DNA of 64,000 nucleotides from Laetmonice hystrix (lineage: Eukaryota), in assembly GCA_965235115.1 (NCBI GenBank), contig OZ249436.1, positions 52,950,001 through 53,014,000 on the forward strand, read 5' to 3'. The position numbers and the translations under genes are program-made. A model generated the notes under the pieces. That model had not been told where the DNA came from, did not search any database, and saw nothing but the letters and a program-made list of their open reading frames with translations. Positions 12,683 through 25,800 of the stretch are shown piece by piece (the stretch's first letter is position 1; the number at the start of each line of letters is the position of its first letter).

Positions 12683-13547
12683 ATGGAGTTCTGAATCCCT
12701 GGAACCGCCCTTAGACATGTCTAATCGTCTTGGTGCATGGAGTGTGTGGACGTCAGCCACTGTCCTATACTGATATCATAATGAAGTTAGGGACATTTCT
12801 AATCGTCTTGGTACATGGAGTGTGTGGACGTTAGCCACTGTCCTATACTGATATCATAATGAAGTTAGGGACATTTCTAATCGTCTAGGAGTGTGTGGAC
12901 GTCAGCCCCTGTCCTATACTGATATCATAATGGAGTTAGGGACATTTCTAATCGTCTTGGTGCATGGAGTGTGTGGACGTCAGCCACTGTCCTATACTGA
13001 TATCATAATGAAGTTAGGGACATTTCTAATCGTCTTGGTGCATGGAGTGTGTGGACGTCAGCCACTGTCCTATACTGATGTCATAATGGAGTTAGGGGCA
13101 TTTCTAATCGTCTTGGTGCATCGAGTGTGTGGACGTCAGCCACCAGAGGCGGATCTAGGGGGGGGGGCAGGGGCCCGGGCCCCCCTAAATATTGGACACG
13201 TATGGTATATAACTTAGGCCCAAATGAAGCCAGCCACCCCTTTCGAGCAGTAAAGTAAGGTCTAACAGTAAACCTGGAGATTTATGAAGATTGAAATTTG
13301 TATAAAACATATTTAGTTATCAGCAGTTCAGGACCAGCCACCCCTTTCCGACTTCGTCCCGGTGCCCCCCCCCCCCCCCCCCCTAAGCGAAAATCCTAGA
13401 TCCGCCCCTGGCCACTGTCCTATACTGATATCATAATGGAGTTCTGAATCACTGGAGCCGCCCTTGGACATTTTCTAATCGTCTTGGTGCATGGAGTGTG
13501 TGGACGCCAGCCACATGTCCTATACTGATATCATAATGGAGTTAGGG
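12683..13547. repeat. Minisatellite, about 78-bp unit, about 7 copies, interrupted by a MITE
   Basis: Repeated GGACATTTCTAATCGTCTTGGTGCATGGAGTGTGTGGACGTCAGCCACTGTCCTATACTGATATCATAATGAAGTTAG; explains the 26-aa periodicity of ORF 12891-13217. Confidence 0.95.
13144..13410. mobile_element. 267-bp MITE with 16-bp TIRs (CAGRGGCGGATCTAGG) and a 5-bp TSD (GCCAC)
   Basis: CAGAGGCGGATCTAGG ... CCTAGATCCGCCCCTG; GCCAC at 13139-13143 and 13411-13415; neighbouring repeat units show the empty site GTCAGCCACTGTCC. Confidence 0.92.
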
Positions 13548-15921
13548 AGCCGTGCAGTGTTACGTGTCTGCTACACTTCTGTTTACTACCAACGGCAGGT
13601 TTCCGTTCGCATCTCTACTGTCAGTGTACAATGATTGGAAGAATCTCCATTCCTGCCGACAGTCTATCATCTACACATTGTGATGGGCGCTCGGCTTGAC
13701 TTCATTTCAACACTCTCTCGCCACAACTGAGCCGCGCTCCAACTTATTCCGTAGCTCATGTCATTCTCATATTTACTATAGAAATTGGCAACATTATTGG
13801 ATGAATATGGTATAGATGAATTAGGACCTGTTCGTTCTATTGGAAGAGTTTCATTTGTATTTACCCGGCCTGAAGATAATTATAAAATTCCTATTGTTTT
13901 AATCAGAAAGTACAAAATGTCATGGCAATAACAACGATTAAGGCCGTGTATATAGCTGGGTGGATGGATTTGTTTGATGAACTCAAGTCTTGGCTCGTCA
14001 GGTTTCCTCTGACAGGGGTCCATGTCTAAAAACTGCATAGATGACATATTGTATATACAAGCGTACATATCTCTACTACGGAACATTCGAAACATTAACT
14101 GGCTTCGAGGAATTGGCAAAGAAAACGTATGTTGACAGGTTATTATATTGAGAGCCTATACATAAAAAGGTTTCAGATATGGAGTCTTTTCAAACAGAAA
14201 TAAAAGTAATTTTCAATTATCCCTATCCCGCACCAGTCGGCTGTTATGAAGTCTGACAAACCACATGATTGCTTTAAATACGTTGATCAAGATGTTGTGG
14301 CGCATCCAGAGGGGGACGGGTTACAGGGGGTTGAACCCCCCCCCCCCCCTTTACGAAGTAATATTTCGTTTTTATTCTGCTTGAAGGGTTCAATCCAACA
14401 CCCCCCTGGCGCCTACAAACCCCCTCTTGGCACCCACAACCAACCCCCTCTATTGTCTACCGGGTCCTATACTACCAGAGAAGGTTGTTTTTATTATAAG
14501 GGGGGGGGGACTTCAGCCAAAACATAAAGAATCCCTACCCATTGATTTTACTATTATTGAATATATATTTGCCAAAAATAGCAATTTCGTGGAGAGTCGC
14601 TTCGGAGGCATTCATCACTTTTTAAGCAGGGGTCCGGGGTTCTGGTTAGTTCCGAAAACGACCTGAGGTGGCGTCAGCAAAGCCAGAAATTGACAGAGTG
14701 GAACTGGCTCGAACGCGAGGTACAGAGTTTCCGGGTTGAAATCTCGTAGAAATCTCGCCGTAGTAAGAACGACAGAGTAAAGCCATATCCCACTTCCTGT
14801 TGGAAAAAACAGCGACTTTCTCAAAGTTTTAAACTCGTTTTAAACAAGACAGGACTTTTTTAACGCATGATACATGGTTGGGTGTAACTGTCCTTTCATC
14901 ATTCATTCATTCTAACTTCACCGTATTTGTAGGCATGAATGACCTTAGCCTTTGAGCCTGATGCCTGTGTATAGTGGACGTACAGTTCTTCTTTCTATAT
15001 CTTTAATAAAACATGCAGGTACAATTCGTTTTTTAGGGGGGGGGGGGTCACTCATATTCACCTAATCCCAGGGAGTTCACGTAGCTGTAACGACATTGAT
15101 ACTGTCGATGATATATACAAATACACGAAACGATCTGCACTTCGGACGTGTCAGATCCTCCATGACTGTACGAAGGATCGAAAGGATCACGTTTCTCTGC
15201 CAAGGCAGCAGTGCATTCCCTCCTTCTGACATAATATAGACCTTTAATTAAAAGCTGGAGTCAGTCGGGTGTACATTACATGCGATGTACAGAACACATC
15301 AATGTGGGGTCACAAAACAAGTGTCAGTATGTAGAGACCAAGGTAGTACAGTGGAGATTCATTGACTGCCATCATGCAGAACACGACTGTATGCTCCAGG
15401 TCCCCACCCCACCTGCCACACTCGTTTGTACTGTTGTCAGTACATCATACACAACCAACCCATTCCGCCGAGGCGGAAATTATCGATATTGCCTTCGAAT
15501 GATGAATAGCTTTCAGATCAATATTCCTTCTCCGAGTACATAAGAGACTGACAATAAAATGTTTTTACAAACGCAATTTCCTTGCACCCTCGACAGGATA
15601 CCAAATCGGGTGACGTGTCGAATTTATTGCACAGAATTTACGTGACTGCAACTATGCCAAGCAATTGCCGTTTCATTTTATCTACCATTTTGCTGTATTG
15701 CCTTTAACCTAATCGCCCCCAACTCACGTCAAACGATAACTCATGCACGACAAAATCAAGTATGATATTACTATATTCTCTTTCATTTCCATCACTCTGC
15801 TGTCACAATCGGAGCAATCCCGAATAGGAATGTATTGATTTTATCTAAATCGAATTTTGTTTTCTTTTTGTGGGTGATGGGAAGGAAGCGGAGGATGGCC
15901 GCTGGGCAGCCATGAATCGTT

Positions 15922-16091
15922 TCTCACGAGAAGCTCTTGCTGACCGCAGGCGGCTTCTCCTTTGATACATCTCCTTCCCCATCAAATCAATTCATTGTTT
16001 GCGTCACCGTCCCGTTACAGACAGACAGACCTGGCAGTAATGCACCGCCTAGCGGGGAACGACTGCAACCGCTCGCAGCCTTCTCGTGAGA
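15922..16091. mobile_element. Possible degenerate MITE (12-bp inverted repeats)
   Basis: TCTCACGAGAAG (15922-15933) and CTTCTCGTGAGA (16080-16091); no TSD seen. Confidence 0.3.
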
Positions 16092-16574
16092 TGGAGCACA
16101 CTTCCGTCGCCGCTGCCTGTGACTGTCACGCAAAGGTCACGTGTTTCTCCGGGCAGCAAGACGAGAGACGTAGCAGTAGTAAGAGGTTAAACCCACCTGT
16201 TGTATTGGAACATCGGCGGTTAGCATGTCGAGTTCCATTGCAAAGTTCCTTTTAGACTGTGTAAGAAAGTATCCACCTCTACAAGAAATGATGCCGTCAG
16301 TTGCAGGCAAGATATGCTCTCGGACTGTTCAAAACTAAAACACTAGCGAACCTACTCCCAAACTGCATTGGCTGAAAACTGTAGGGGTCTACAGCAAGGG
16401 GACATATAGGCTGACAACATTGTAAGGCCTTATTGATAGTCCAGTCGCCGACGGCCCAGTTCGCGTCATCAGCGTTGGACTGCATTGAAGTCGCGGAGAG
16501 GCTGTCCGGCGATCTGCCCTTCTGAAACTATTCGACCTCGCTTTTGGACTAAATTTTAAGGCGGTCCCAGTGTG

Positions 16575-16907
16575 TTTTGACCCATTGATAGGGTCAGTTG
16601 ATCGTCACGTTTTGGCCCATTGATAGGGTCAGTTGATCGTTCCGTACAGACATCCGGCCCTCTGTGGCCCATTGATAGGGTCAGTTGATCGTTACGTACA
16701 AACATCCGGCCCTCTGTGGCCCATTGATAGGGTCAGTTGATCGTTACGTTTTGGCCCATTGATAGGGTCAGTTGATCGTCACGTTTTGGCCCATTGATAG
16801 GGTCAGTTGATCGTCACGTTTTGGCCCATTGATAGGGCCAGTTGATCGTTACGTACAAACATCCGGCCCTCTGTGGCCCATTGATAGGGTCAGTTGATCG
16901 TTACGTA
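16575..16907. repeat. Modular tandem repeat: constant core with two alternative linkers (35- and 52-bp units), 8 copies
   Basis: Core CCCATTGATAGGGTCAGTTGATCGT starts at 16581, 16616, 16668, 16720, 16755, 16790, 16825 and 16877. Confidence 0.95.
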
Positions 16908-19045
16908 TCCAGTCCGTTTGGCCAACTACTATTTTTATCTTATCGTCACGTAGAACATTCTGTTTGTTTCGCCTGTGGTCTGTTTTATCCCGTAGACAAG
17001 TTGGCCTCATCATAATGTACAAACATCAGCCTTTTTTGTCCTCATTGAAAGAGTTCGCTTATCGGCAGCTGCAAATATTTATCACTCTAATAGCGTGTGC
17101 CCGAACTAATTCGCGTGTTTCATAAATAGTTGCCTCCAGGTGCATACATTTAATCGAAGCGGTATAAAAGTTATTTCAAGCGAGCGATAAAAGGCAAGCG
17201 AACAGGCGTAATCAGTCACTGATTCTATCGGAGAGAAATATCTAACGTTTTAATCTCCTTCATGAACCAGTCACCGTAACACACACACACATTTAGTACA
17301 CGAGTTATCACTTTGAAGTTGATGCCAGGCAATAATGGCTCGTTGCGGTATACCAATTATTGATAATACAAAATAAGAAACAACGGATTTAAACCTAGAT
17401 CTACCTGATTCTTCCTGCCAAGCACTGTGGTGGAGTCCAGTTTCCTGAGCACCGTAGAAAAGCAAACTAATTTACAGATGCGAAAACAATACTTATCATA
17501 CACATCCCCGCTGATTGCGGATACATAACAGAGAGACAGGGAACTGTTGTATTAGGATCTTTTATTAACGTACGGTATACATGTAGCAAACCTCACATCG
17601 CTTTGATGTTACATGTTCACAGAGGACCATCCACTATCACCCGGCAGGCATCATGAAGGAAATATGCATTTAAAAAAGCTACATCGCTTTGATGCCTGCA
17701 TTTCCCTAAATCGACAGCGCATGAGACAGGTCACGTGATCTATAACGCCTAGTGGAGCTGTCGGGTTTGGATGGTTGTCAACATGGTATTGAAGGGAGGA
17801 ATTCGACCCGAGTGTAAGGTTAGGCTTTGATCTTGACAGGCAGCAAAGTTCTGTCAACAGCGCCATCAGAGATAGGAAGACCTCTGCGACATGTGGAGAG
17901 GATGAGGATGAGGGGTTACTGTCTAGTAAGACATTAGGCCCTATTATCCATTAACCAGTTCTTTTTCATTTTTATTACGATTTAACTTTTAACTTGGAAC
18001 ACCTTTGGATCAGAACGGTGTATGACAAATCTTAATCTAGATCTAATACGGGTTTCTAATCGAATGCGATGAAGCGAAGTTACATCTAATGTTACCGTTA
18101 AAAACGACTCATTTATATAGACTACTTTAGGGATCAAGACGTTTTCTCTATCTGAATTGTTTGGTTGATCCCTGGTCGGGTCCACACTCATGTCTCCATT
18201 CCGTCATGTTAGTGGGCAGATTTTGACAGTGACAATATTGACTGCAAGAACGGTGCACGGTATGTAGACTTACATATAAATTTGCAAACATATTCTTCAT
18301 AACCTGCAGGCGGATCTTAGACCTCATACTCCGGTATCCGCTCAAATCTCAAGGGGACGTAATGCGGAATAGTACGGAATTTTCACAGAGTCGTAATACA
18401 CTAGCATAACAAGTCTGTAGCTTACGACAACAGATCCACCAATGGTATCAAGGAGATGTCACATCTGTGGATGTGACGGCAGGTCCATTCGTGGGTAGCC
18501 ATTGACACATCCCACTGCATTGATGGCTGCTGACTGGTTCCAAGGTGCGCTGCCCCAGAGATAGGTGAACAATGATGGCGGAGATGTGGTAGGCGTCCTG
18601 TTTTAATACTTGGTGCGAGTGAGACGAAACAATTAAAGGAGGGACCTAATCTCGGCTAAGGAAGTTTCAGGGCAACGGTAAAGGAGCACGAAAAGTTTTC
18701 GCCATCACCGAGGTCATGGTATAGGGATGTACTTGGTAGCAGTTGGAAATCTAATGCACCAGCGGTTTTAACGGGGTCTTACCTCAAATTTCCGAATTAC
18801 CAAATAACCTCCAAATGAAGGAACACGCCTCTGTCATTCCTGGCTTGGTCACTATATAATTAGGGAATTTAGCAGGAGTTGTCCTTTAATTCAACCCTGA
18901 AGCATTATTTCTCGTATGATTACCTGGACTTTTTTCTGGTCGTCACGTCAAGCTATACGTCATCTGGCCGGAAATTCGGCAATCGGGTCCAAAGGGTTAA
19001 CATTGTGAAGAGTAACTAAACATTCTTCCTTGTGTATATCCTATA

Positions 19046-19396
19046 CTCTAAATCAGGTATTTTTCGCGTGTGTTTTAATTTCGCGATTTTCGCGTTTTCA
19101 AAAAAAAAACGAAATTAAGAAACGCGAAATAAACACTTGGAACGGCGCATTTCCAGTAATATCCGCTTACAAAACAAAACAACACCTAATTACCTTCTTT
19201 AACTTGGCAGTTACTTAGGCCTACTGGCTTTTGCTGTATTTGCGTGGTGGGCAATTAAAACTGTTGAATTTAATACATCTCTTTACTTTTAGATGGGGAT
19301 GCCATTGCCTAAACGCGAATTTAAGAAACGCGAAACCAGCCCAAAATGAAAAAAAAACGCGAAATTTTAATCACGCCAAATTAAAGTGATTTACAG
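19046..19396. mobile_element. MITE with about 40-bp imperfect TIRs (CTGTAAATC-type), flanked by TA
   Basis: TA|CTCTAAATCAGGTATTTTTCGCGTG..TTTCGCG ... CGCGAAATTTTAATCACGCCAAATTAAAGTGATTTACAG|TA; multiple subterminal TTTCGCG/CGCGAAA motifs. Confidence 0.75.
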
Positions 19397-21389
19397 TATT
19401 TGCGAGTAGTTTATACATGGACCTATAATATGAGTTGGCTTCACAACACAAATTCTATCCCCGTCTCGATATCATCGCCTGATAATTACGACGACGTCCT
19501 GCTGCTGGCAGTCCACCGCAACAGTCTGGCCAGTTCCAAGGCACAGTGCTGGGTCAATACGCCTCATCCTATAGTCAGCGTCTTGGGACCACTTCCATCC
19601 CCATATCTTTCTCACTCTCTCTATCCGATTTTAACGAAGCCAATAGCATAAGCCAAGCATTGTCCATGAATAGCCTAGTGTCGCTGGTTGGCCCCAGCTT
19701 CACTCAGTCAACTGAGGTTGGCATGTCTTGCCAACCTCTCCCTCTGAAGGACACCCACCGAATTTTCTTCTTACATTTAGTTGGGGAACAGACAGAACGC
19801 CGAGTGCTGTCCGCATATAAACCCTCCTCGTATGGGAGCACGCCGATTAATACGTTTGAGAGAAAAAAATTATAACATGAATACGATAAAAGATGAAAGA
19901 AACATATCAATTTGATTATTCAGTGGCCCAGGTTGGCTCCATTACGAGGTAAGTGTACGATTGAGACAGTGCACGAGGTACATGTACGGCTTAACGTCTT
20001 CGGTCTGCTGTATCTGGAGAAAAAAACACATGTTACCTTGAGCATCGTTCACGTAAAGGTCTCGTGGAGTCCAAGATGGCGTTCCTGAATCCGTAAATTA
20101 ACAGGTATAGAGTAGAACATTGATCGACACTTTACGACGCATGCCATCTCTGACAGATGGCACCAGGGCCGTATACATGAAGGGAATATGAAGAAGTCAA
20201 CAATAGTCTCCTTGTTGTTGTAAAAAAATAATTGTCTCAGGACGGTGTAGTTTCAGCAATGCTGCAGAACGTGACACCTTAAAGGGGTCATTTAGTCTAA
20301 CCACACAAAAGTGGCTTTTCCAAAGAGTATTGATTGTTTCTAGATAGTTTAGACACATTAAAAACTATTGGCAATACCGTAGGATCTAGGAATGTTTAAA
20401 GGGGGCAGAGACTAAATAAGAAAAGGCATTCATTAAAACTAATCTGGAAATTCTTGCTTGAAGTAGGGGGCACCCCCCCCCCCCCCCCCGCCGATCCGTG
20501 CCTAAATATATGAATATATTGTTCAAATACAGTTTAACCCCATGTTCAGTCCCTGCAGACCCTGCATGACGGCGGAAACCTTTACGAATTCTGGATTAAG
20601 ACCTGTTGAAGTTATCCACTTTTTTTCGGAAGTCTTCAATTGCTTTTGACCATTTGCCATAACTTTGTCGAGACGAATACCCGAAACTTGTAGCATGGCC
20701 AGTCTCACATCTTGAAACCAGTCAGCGGCCGCTGTTCATGTCAACAAAGTACGCCACACCGCCGCTCGGCTAATCGCTGGACCATGCACGTCAACATCAG
20801 TTTGACTTGATGTGAACTGAGAAGGTTGGCATGACCGACTAATGGCCGTTGTTCAGGGAGATTTTCATGGGAAACACCCACCCGACACAGCCAATAGACA
20901 GGAGCAGTTGGGCAAACCATCCATCAGGCGTCCATTTAGGACGAACTGGAAAGTGTTCAGTCGCTCGACGCCATGGAGCAGTGGCTTCTCGTGGTACTAA
21001 CAAGCTCCTCACAGATCCTGATACACTGACTCCACCCACAACGTCCCGGTGGCCGCATACTGAAGGCATTTGTTAGGCCTACTCAACGCACAACGACGTT
21101 ATAGGAGCTGCGACACGAGGAATTAGAAATAATATGTATGTATGTCTGTTTATGCCTACTCAATACTGATCTGGTCACATTCTAACGAGTATTCAGCCGG
21201 TAAATTAAGTATGAACCTACTTAGTGGCCGACAGCTGCCTTGTCTTCCGTTCCAGCTGCCGACCATTCAGCCTTTCTTGTCGACTGCCGTCAAGTCTACC
21301 TTGAAAACTGCTCTCGCCTCATTAATATTTAAATTAACACACATATATCTAATTGTTATTTAAATTGGGGGGACTACTTTCCTCTCCAG

Positions 21390-21740
21390 CCGCCATTTTG
21401 TATTGTTTGGGTGTTTCCGTTTCCCGTATGACGTCACCGTCGGATATTTTAGCGACCTGCATGAAGCTGTGTAGCCAATATCATCAGCCCCGTCTCAGCG
21501 CGAGAGCGGGGCTGATAGACACCCCATGCAAAAAAATTTTGTTCTTAAACATCTCATCCATCCTTCCCAATGTATCTTATTACAGCGATTTGTTAGATAT
21601 CATACTTATAAGCTTCCCTGGAAACAACGTTTAGGGGCTGGCATATATATATAAAGGATGGCAAATATTATCCGGCGAGGGGTGAGGTCAAGAAAGTTTA
21701 CTCCGCCATCTTATCATTGCTACCGGAAGTCACGTGATCC
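21390..21740. promoter_or_regulatory. Cluster of promoter-type motifs (YY1 twice, CRE, CCAAT, ETS, E-box)
   Basis: CCGCCATTTT at 21390, TGACGTCA at 21429, CCAAT at about 21475, CCGCCATCTT at 21703, ACCGGAAGT at 21722 overlapping TCACGTGA at 21730. Confidence 0.35.
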
Positions 21741-21859
21741 ATTTTCAAGCAGGGGTGCTGTTCATCTCTCGCTGTAAGGCTGAGAGATGAATGTTTTGTC
21801 TAGAGGCTGGGCTGATATGCCCATTCTAAATGTTCAACTCACTGATATTTAAGCCTTTT

Positions 21860-22170
21860 TAAGTATAACTTTAACTTTATAGGGGTTCACTGAATCTACA
21901 GCTCATTTATATAATTTTGAATGATACACTCAGGTTTGTACATATCGCTCTGGAAAAAGAGGTGGCGGGGTCAGTTTGTATTCATAAATCCATTATGTAC
22001 ATTGAAAAAAAAGATATGACTTACCCTACCCTACCTTAACCTACCCTGTATCGAAGCAACTTTTGTCGAAGTTGAGAAAGAGATTTTTGGGACTGGGAAA
22101 AATATAATCATTGGTGTCCAAACATATCCCCAATCACTGATGTAGAAATTTACAATAATATTGTTAGCAG
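21860..22170 (+). pseudogene. Degraded non-LTR retrotransposon (CR1/L2-group-like) APE endonuclease fragment
   Basis: Manual translation gives YNFE*YTQVCTYRSGKRGGGVSLY (about 21910-21981) and IEATFVEVEKEIFGTGKNIIIGV (22050-22118), matching the R..GGGV.LY and IIIGV(IYRPP) motifs of LINE ORF2 endonucleases; stops and frameshifts present. Confidence 0.7.
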
Positions 22171-22420
22171 TCTTTGAACTTTGGAATAAACTTATTCATA
22201 TATACGGTCCTCTGAACCTGGTTCTAAGTGATCCTCGATCTTTGCACTCAAATTACCCTTCTCTTTTGACAGGATATGATGTATCACACTCAGCGGAAAA
22301 ACGCAATGTTATCATGTATCATACATAAATTTATACTCCACACTCCGTGTCTCCCAGCAATGCCCATATCATATACATGTATTATATATGTTTTTGCTTA
22401 TTGTTCCACCGGTCTATATA

Positions 22421-22861
22421 CAGGGTGGACCCAAAAACCTGGCACTTTCTATTTTGTCATAATTTCTACAAATGTAAGAGTTTTCCGAAGATTTTTCTGG
22501 CAGGGGTGAGATAACGCTGTAAGTTTTTAGTGTGAAAAATATTTTCAAAATTTCCTCCCTTTTTCTAGTTATTACGCGTTCGATCCAAGCCCCTCGGTGC
22601 TGGATCACGGCAGCCACCCTAACATTAAAATTGTACTCTCTCCAACATTTCTCCTGGAATTCTCCTTATTTCTCTCCTGATGTTTTCCTTATTAAACTTT
22701 TACTGAAAAAAGGGAGGAAACAAGTAGACATTTAGGAAATGACTTTCACAGTCAAAACTTATAGCGGTATCCCACCCCTGACAGAAAAATCTTCGGAAAA
22801 CTGCCACATTTGTAGAAATTAAGACAAAATAAAAAGTGTCAGGGTTTTCCGGACCACGCTG
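22421..22861. mobile_element. Tc1/mariner-type MITE with about 115-bp imperfect TIRs
   Basis: TA|CAGGGTGGACC..CTACAAATGT..GTTTTCCGAAGATTTTTCTG..AGGGGTG pairs with CACCCCTGACAGAAAAATCTTCGGAAAAC..ACATTTGTAG..CCACGCTG; TACAGGGTG is a mariner-type terminus. Confidence 0.85.
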
Positions 22862-25800
22862 CATTATTACAGCACGTCTACCCTGTAAATCAAAAACACT
22901 TCGTCTCGAAAGGAGACTAACTATATATAGGCATTGACAATTTATGTGTTATTAGGATACTCTATAGGGTGCAAACATAATATTTGTTGTTTTATGTTCG
23001 TGTGTTTGACGAATATGATAGAATGGTCCATGCAATAATCCTATTTTATGTTCTAACGGCAAGGGCCGTCAGAACTCGAGATTGCTATTTCGCCAAACAG
23101 AGATGTAGGCCTAAAGTTACCTGTAACTGCGTCTGGCGATACCTGCGAATTACTTTCTACTTCAAGTGTTGATATTTTCGCCTGTACAAAATCATAATGT
23201 CATATCTGTATGAAGAAATACTCCGAGTGATGTATTCAGCAGGGTGGACTTTAATGTCAGATTTCAGTTAATCCAGAATATATTTTAAGTACCTTGTACG
23301 CTTTTATTATCCTGTTTGTAATTCAAGTAGGCTTATACAAGAGCTTAGGGACTGTGTTGGTTATAGAAACGTCGTGAAGCTATACCTGATCGTAGATAAT
23401 CTATGAAAGCGGAAGCCGGTGGGAGGAAGTCATTTATTGGCCCCATCCCTGTCGGTCCCCAGTTCCGTTCTGTTTGCAGGACGGTCTAGTTACAAAGGCA
23501 TAGAGTACATAGCCCTGGTGTGAAAGAAGTCCCCCTGTAATGCAGGTCCGATGTGCCGCTCTCCCTGAAGTATAAATCCGACGGATCTGCATTCATATAG
23601 GACTTGAAGTCCGTGGTGTTATATTATTTAAATATTTCTTCATAATTCTATCCCGCAATCGTAACCTTAACCATCAATTGGTATTTTCTTAATTACATCT
23701 ATATTGTCTTATACCACGAAGCTGATTACCTGGTACCTGCATAACCAGGAAATCCAAGGCCAGCTGACCTCTATTCCGACAGTCTTCCATTTCTTTCCCA
23801 CCTGCCTGGGCCCCTCCGTGTCCGGGCGGGCCCCATCGACAGCCCACGTGGTACATCCCGCCTTACAAATCACTCCGCGCGGATTGCCTGCCATTCAAGA
23901 AGCCACCGCTAGGAGGGGACCATGCATCGACAAACATCCGCCAGACTTACACAAGATTTACAGCACAGATCTCTGTAACTGTTTTTCCAACCCGCATCTG
24001 CTCAGTGCACCTATAATCCGCGGATTTATTAAGCCTTGGAAATTAGGAAAAGCTATATATTTTGCTCTTGTGTGATTATAGCAGCTATTGTGATCGGCTT
24101 GGCTTGGAAGTCTTTGCTAATCAACACAGACATTAAAGATGCATGTCTAATAAATGTCTGTGTTTTTATAGGCAGGTTTCTCAACACCCTGGTCGTTCCT
24201 GGTGGCAGTATCGTCGAGTTTTCTTCACGTTGTGCAGGCTATAATCCGTCAATCCGCAGATTTACTGCTTGTATCAGCACCAAACATCCGGATAAGATTT
24301 CACCCAGCAGTCTCCCGAATGTTTCACCGGACACCATTAAAGCGCGTCTGCCACCGTCATGTAATATAAGCTTAATGGAGAATTAATTGCCGAGAGGGAG
24401 TCATAAAGTATGCTCTGGGCTCCTAATCGAAAAATGTTTTTAACCTCCGGGTTCAACCAGAATCCAGCGTATTTCATCCAGCCCTTTCCCCCCTCCAATA
24501 TTGCCCTTTCACGAGTATTTTGTCTTCGTTAGTTTGAAATACTTTCAAGGTAAACGTCTCTCCTTATGTGGAACGTGACCCCCTTAATGACAGCGCTGAA
24601 AAATAAGGTTCTCTGTACACTCTCCTATCGTCGTTTACTAAAACACGGTTGTGGAGAGGGATTTTTTTGGAAGATGCACCACCCCAACCCCCACCACCCA
24701 ACGGTTTTGCCTGAGAACTCTTAAAATTGTGTTGGGCCCATGCAAGAAATAGGGCCTACTACCATCAATAGTAAAATTCTCATACATTAACACGGGCGTC
24801 CGTTGTCATCTTTCTTCAATTTGTACAAGTTGTGGCCAGCAGTGACCGTGTTTTACGTCTGCACCTGTGCATGCGCTTAACATTTCGCTTGTCTGTTTCG
24901 TTTCTTTTAGTGTTTCGTAAGGCTGTTTTCCTGCTTCCCAGCTGTTCTATGTTAAAGGTGGAGCAGATGGGGTAAATTCATGGTTTCCTCCGTGATTTAG
25001 AGATTCCCCATTCCCATTACAATTGTTATGTCCTCTACCGTCTCTTTTAAAGAACACTCATGTATATGGCGTCCTTTACGTTTTCGCCAGATAAGGCAAC
25101 CAGACCCACACTAAAAGTGTTTCTGACTGATAATATAGCCAGCTGCCTGATTAACTACATTGGAGGGTTGCTAATCCAAAGTCGATGTATAGAGTTCCTT
25201 CCAACTTTCTCCGCCTGTCGTCTGAGTAGTGTATCGCAATTCGATCAGGAGATAACCCTAGGCTACACCCAGCTGGAGGTCAGATTTACGATGATGTCGT
25301 CAATATGAAGAACACCATTAACGATACATTGCATGGAGCCAATCCGCGAGCTTCTCTTGTAATCTGTAAGGTGATGCACAGTTTCCGGTCTCGCTGACAG
25401 TCCCTTGATCGGATTGGCTGAGGCCTCAATAACGCTGTCCGCTCCCGAATCAACTCGGAGCCGATTCCGACACGCACATAGGATCTATCACAGTCCGTGC
25501 CCATGACACTAACACATCCCTTGTAATCACCCTTTCACGTCTTTTTCAGAAACTCAACGGCCGGCAAGGTTCCGGCCGTTGTAGTATCATAGCAATGAGT
25601 GATGTGGCACTATGTAGTGTTAGAGAGGTCCAACCGACGTACAGGTGGTTTGCTATGGCGCTTCAGTCCCAGCAGACTGACAGATTATTTTTTATATGTA
25701 GGTGGGGGGGGGGGGGGTTTCCACAGTCTTCACGCCCTCCGACCAACCCCTAACGGAAGCGTCTACATTGTGCTATGAAAACATCTGCCTTTGACAAGGA

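Noticed and set aside
12176..12712. Possible old TTAA-flanked Kolobok-like element
   Set aside because: The putative TIRs are too degenerate, the right TSD is not intact, and the right end overlaps a minisatellite unit
16575..16907. CRISPR-like repeat-spacer appearance
   Set aside because: Only two recurring linkers rather than unique spacers, no cas genes, and a eukaryotic context
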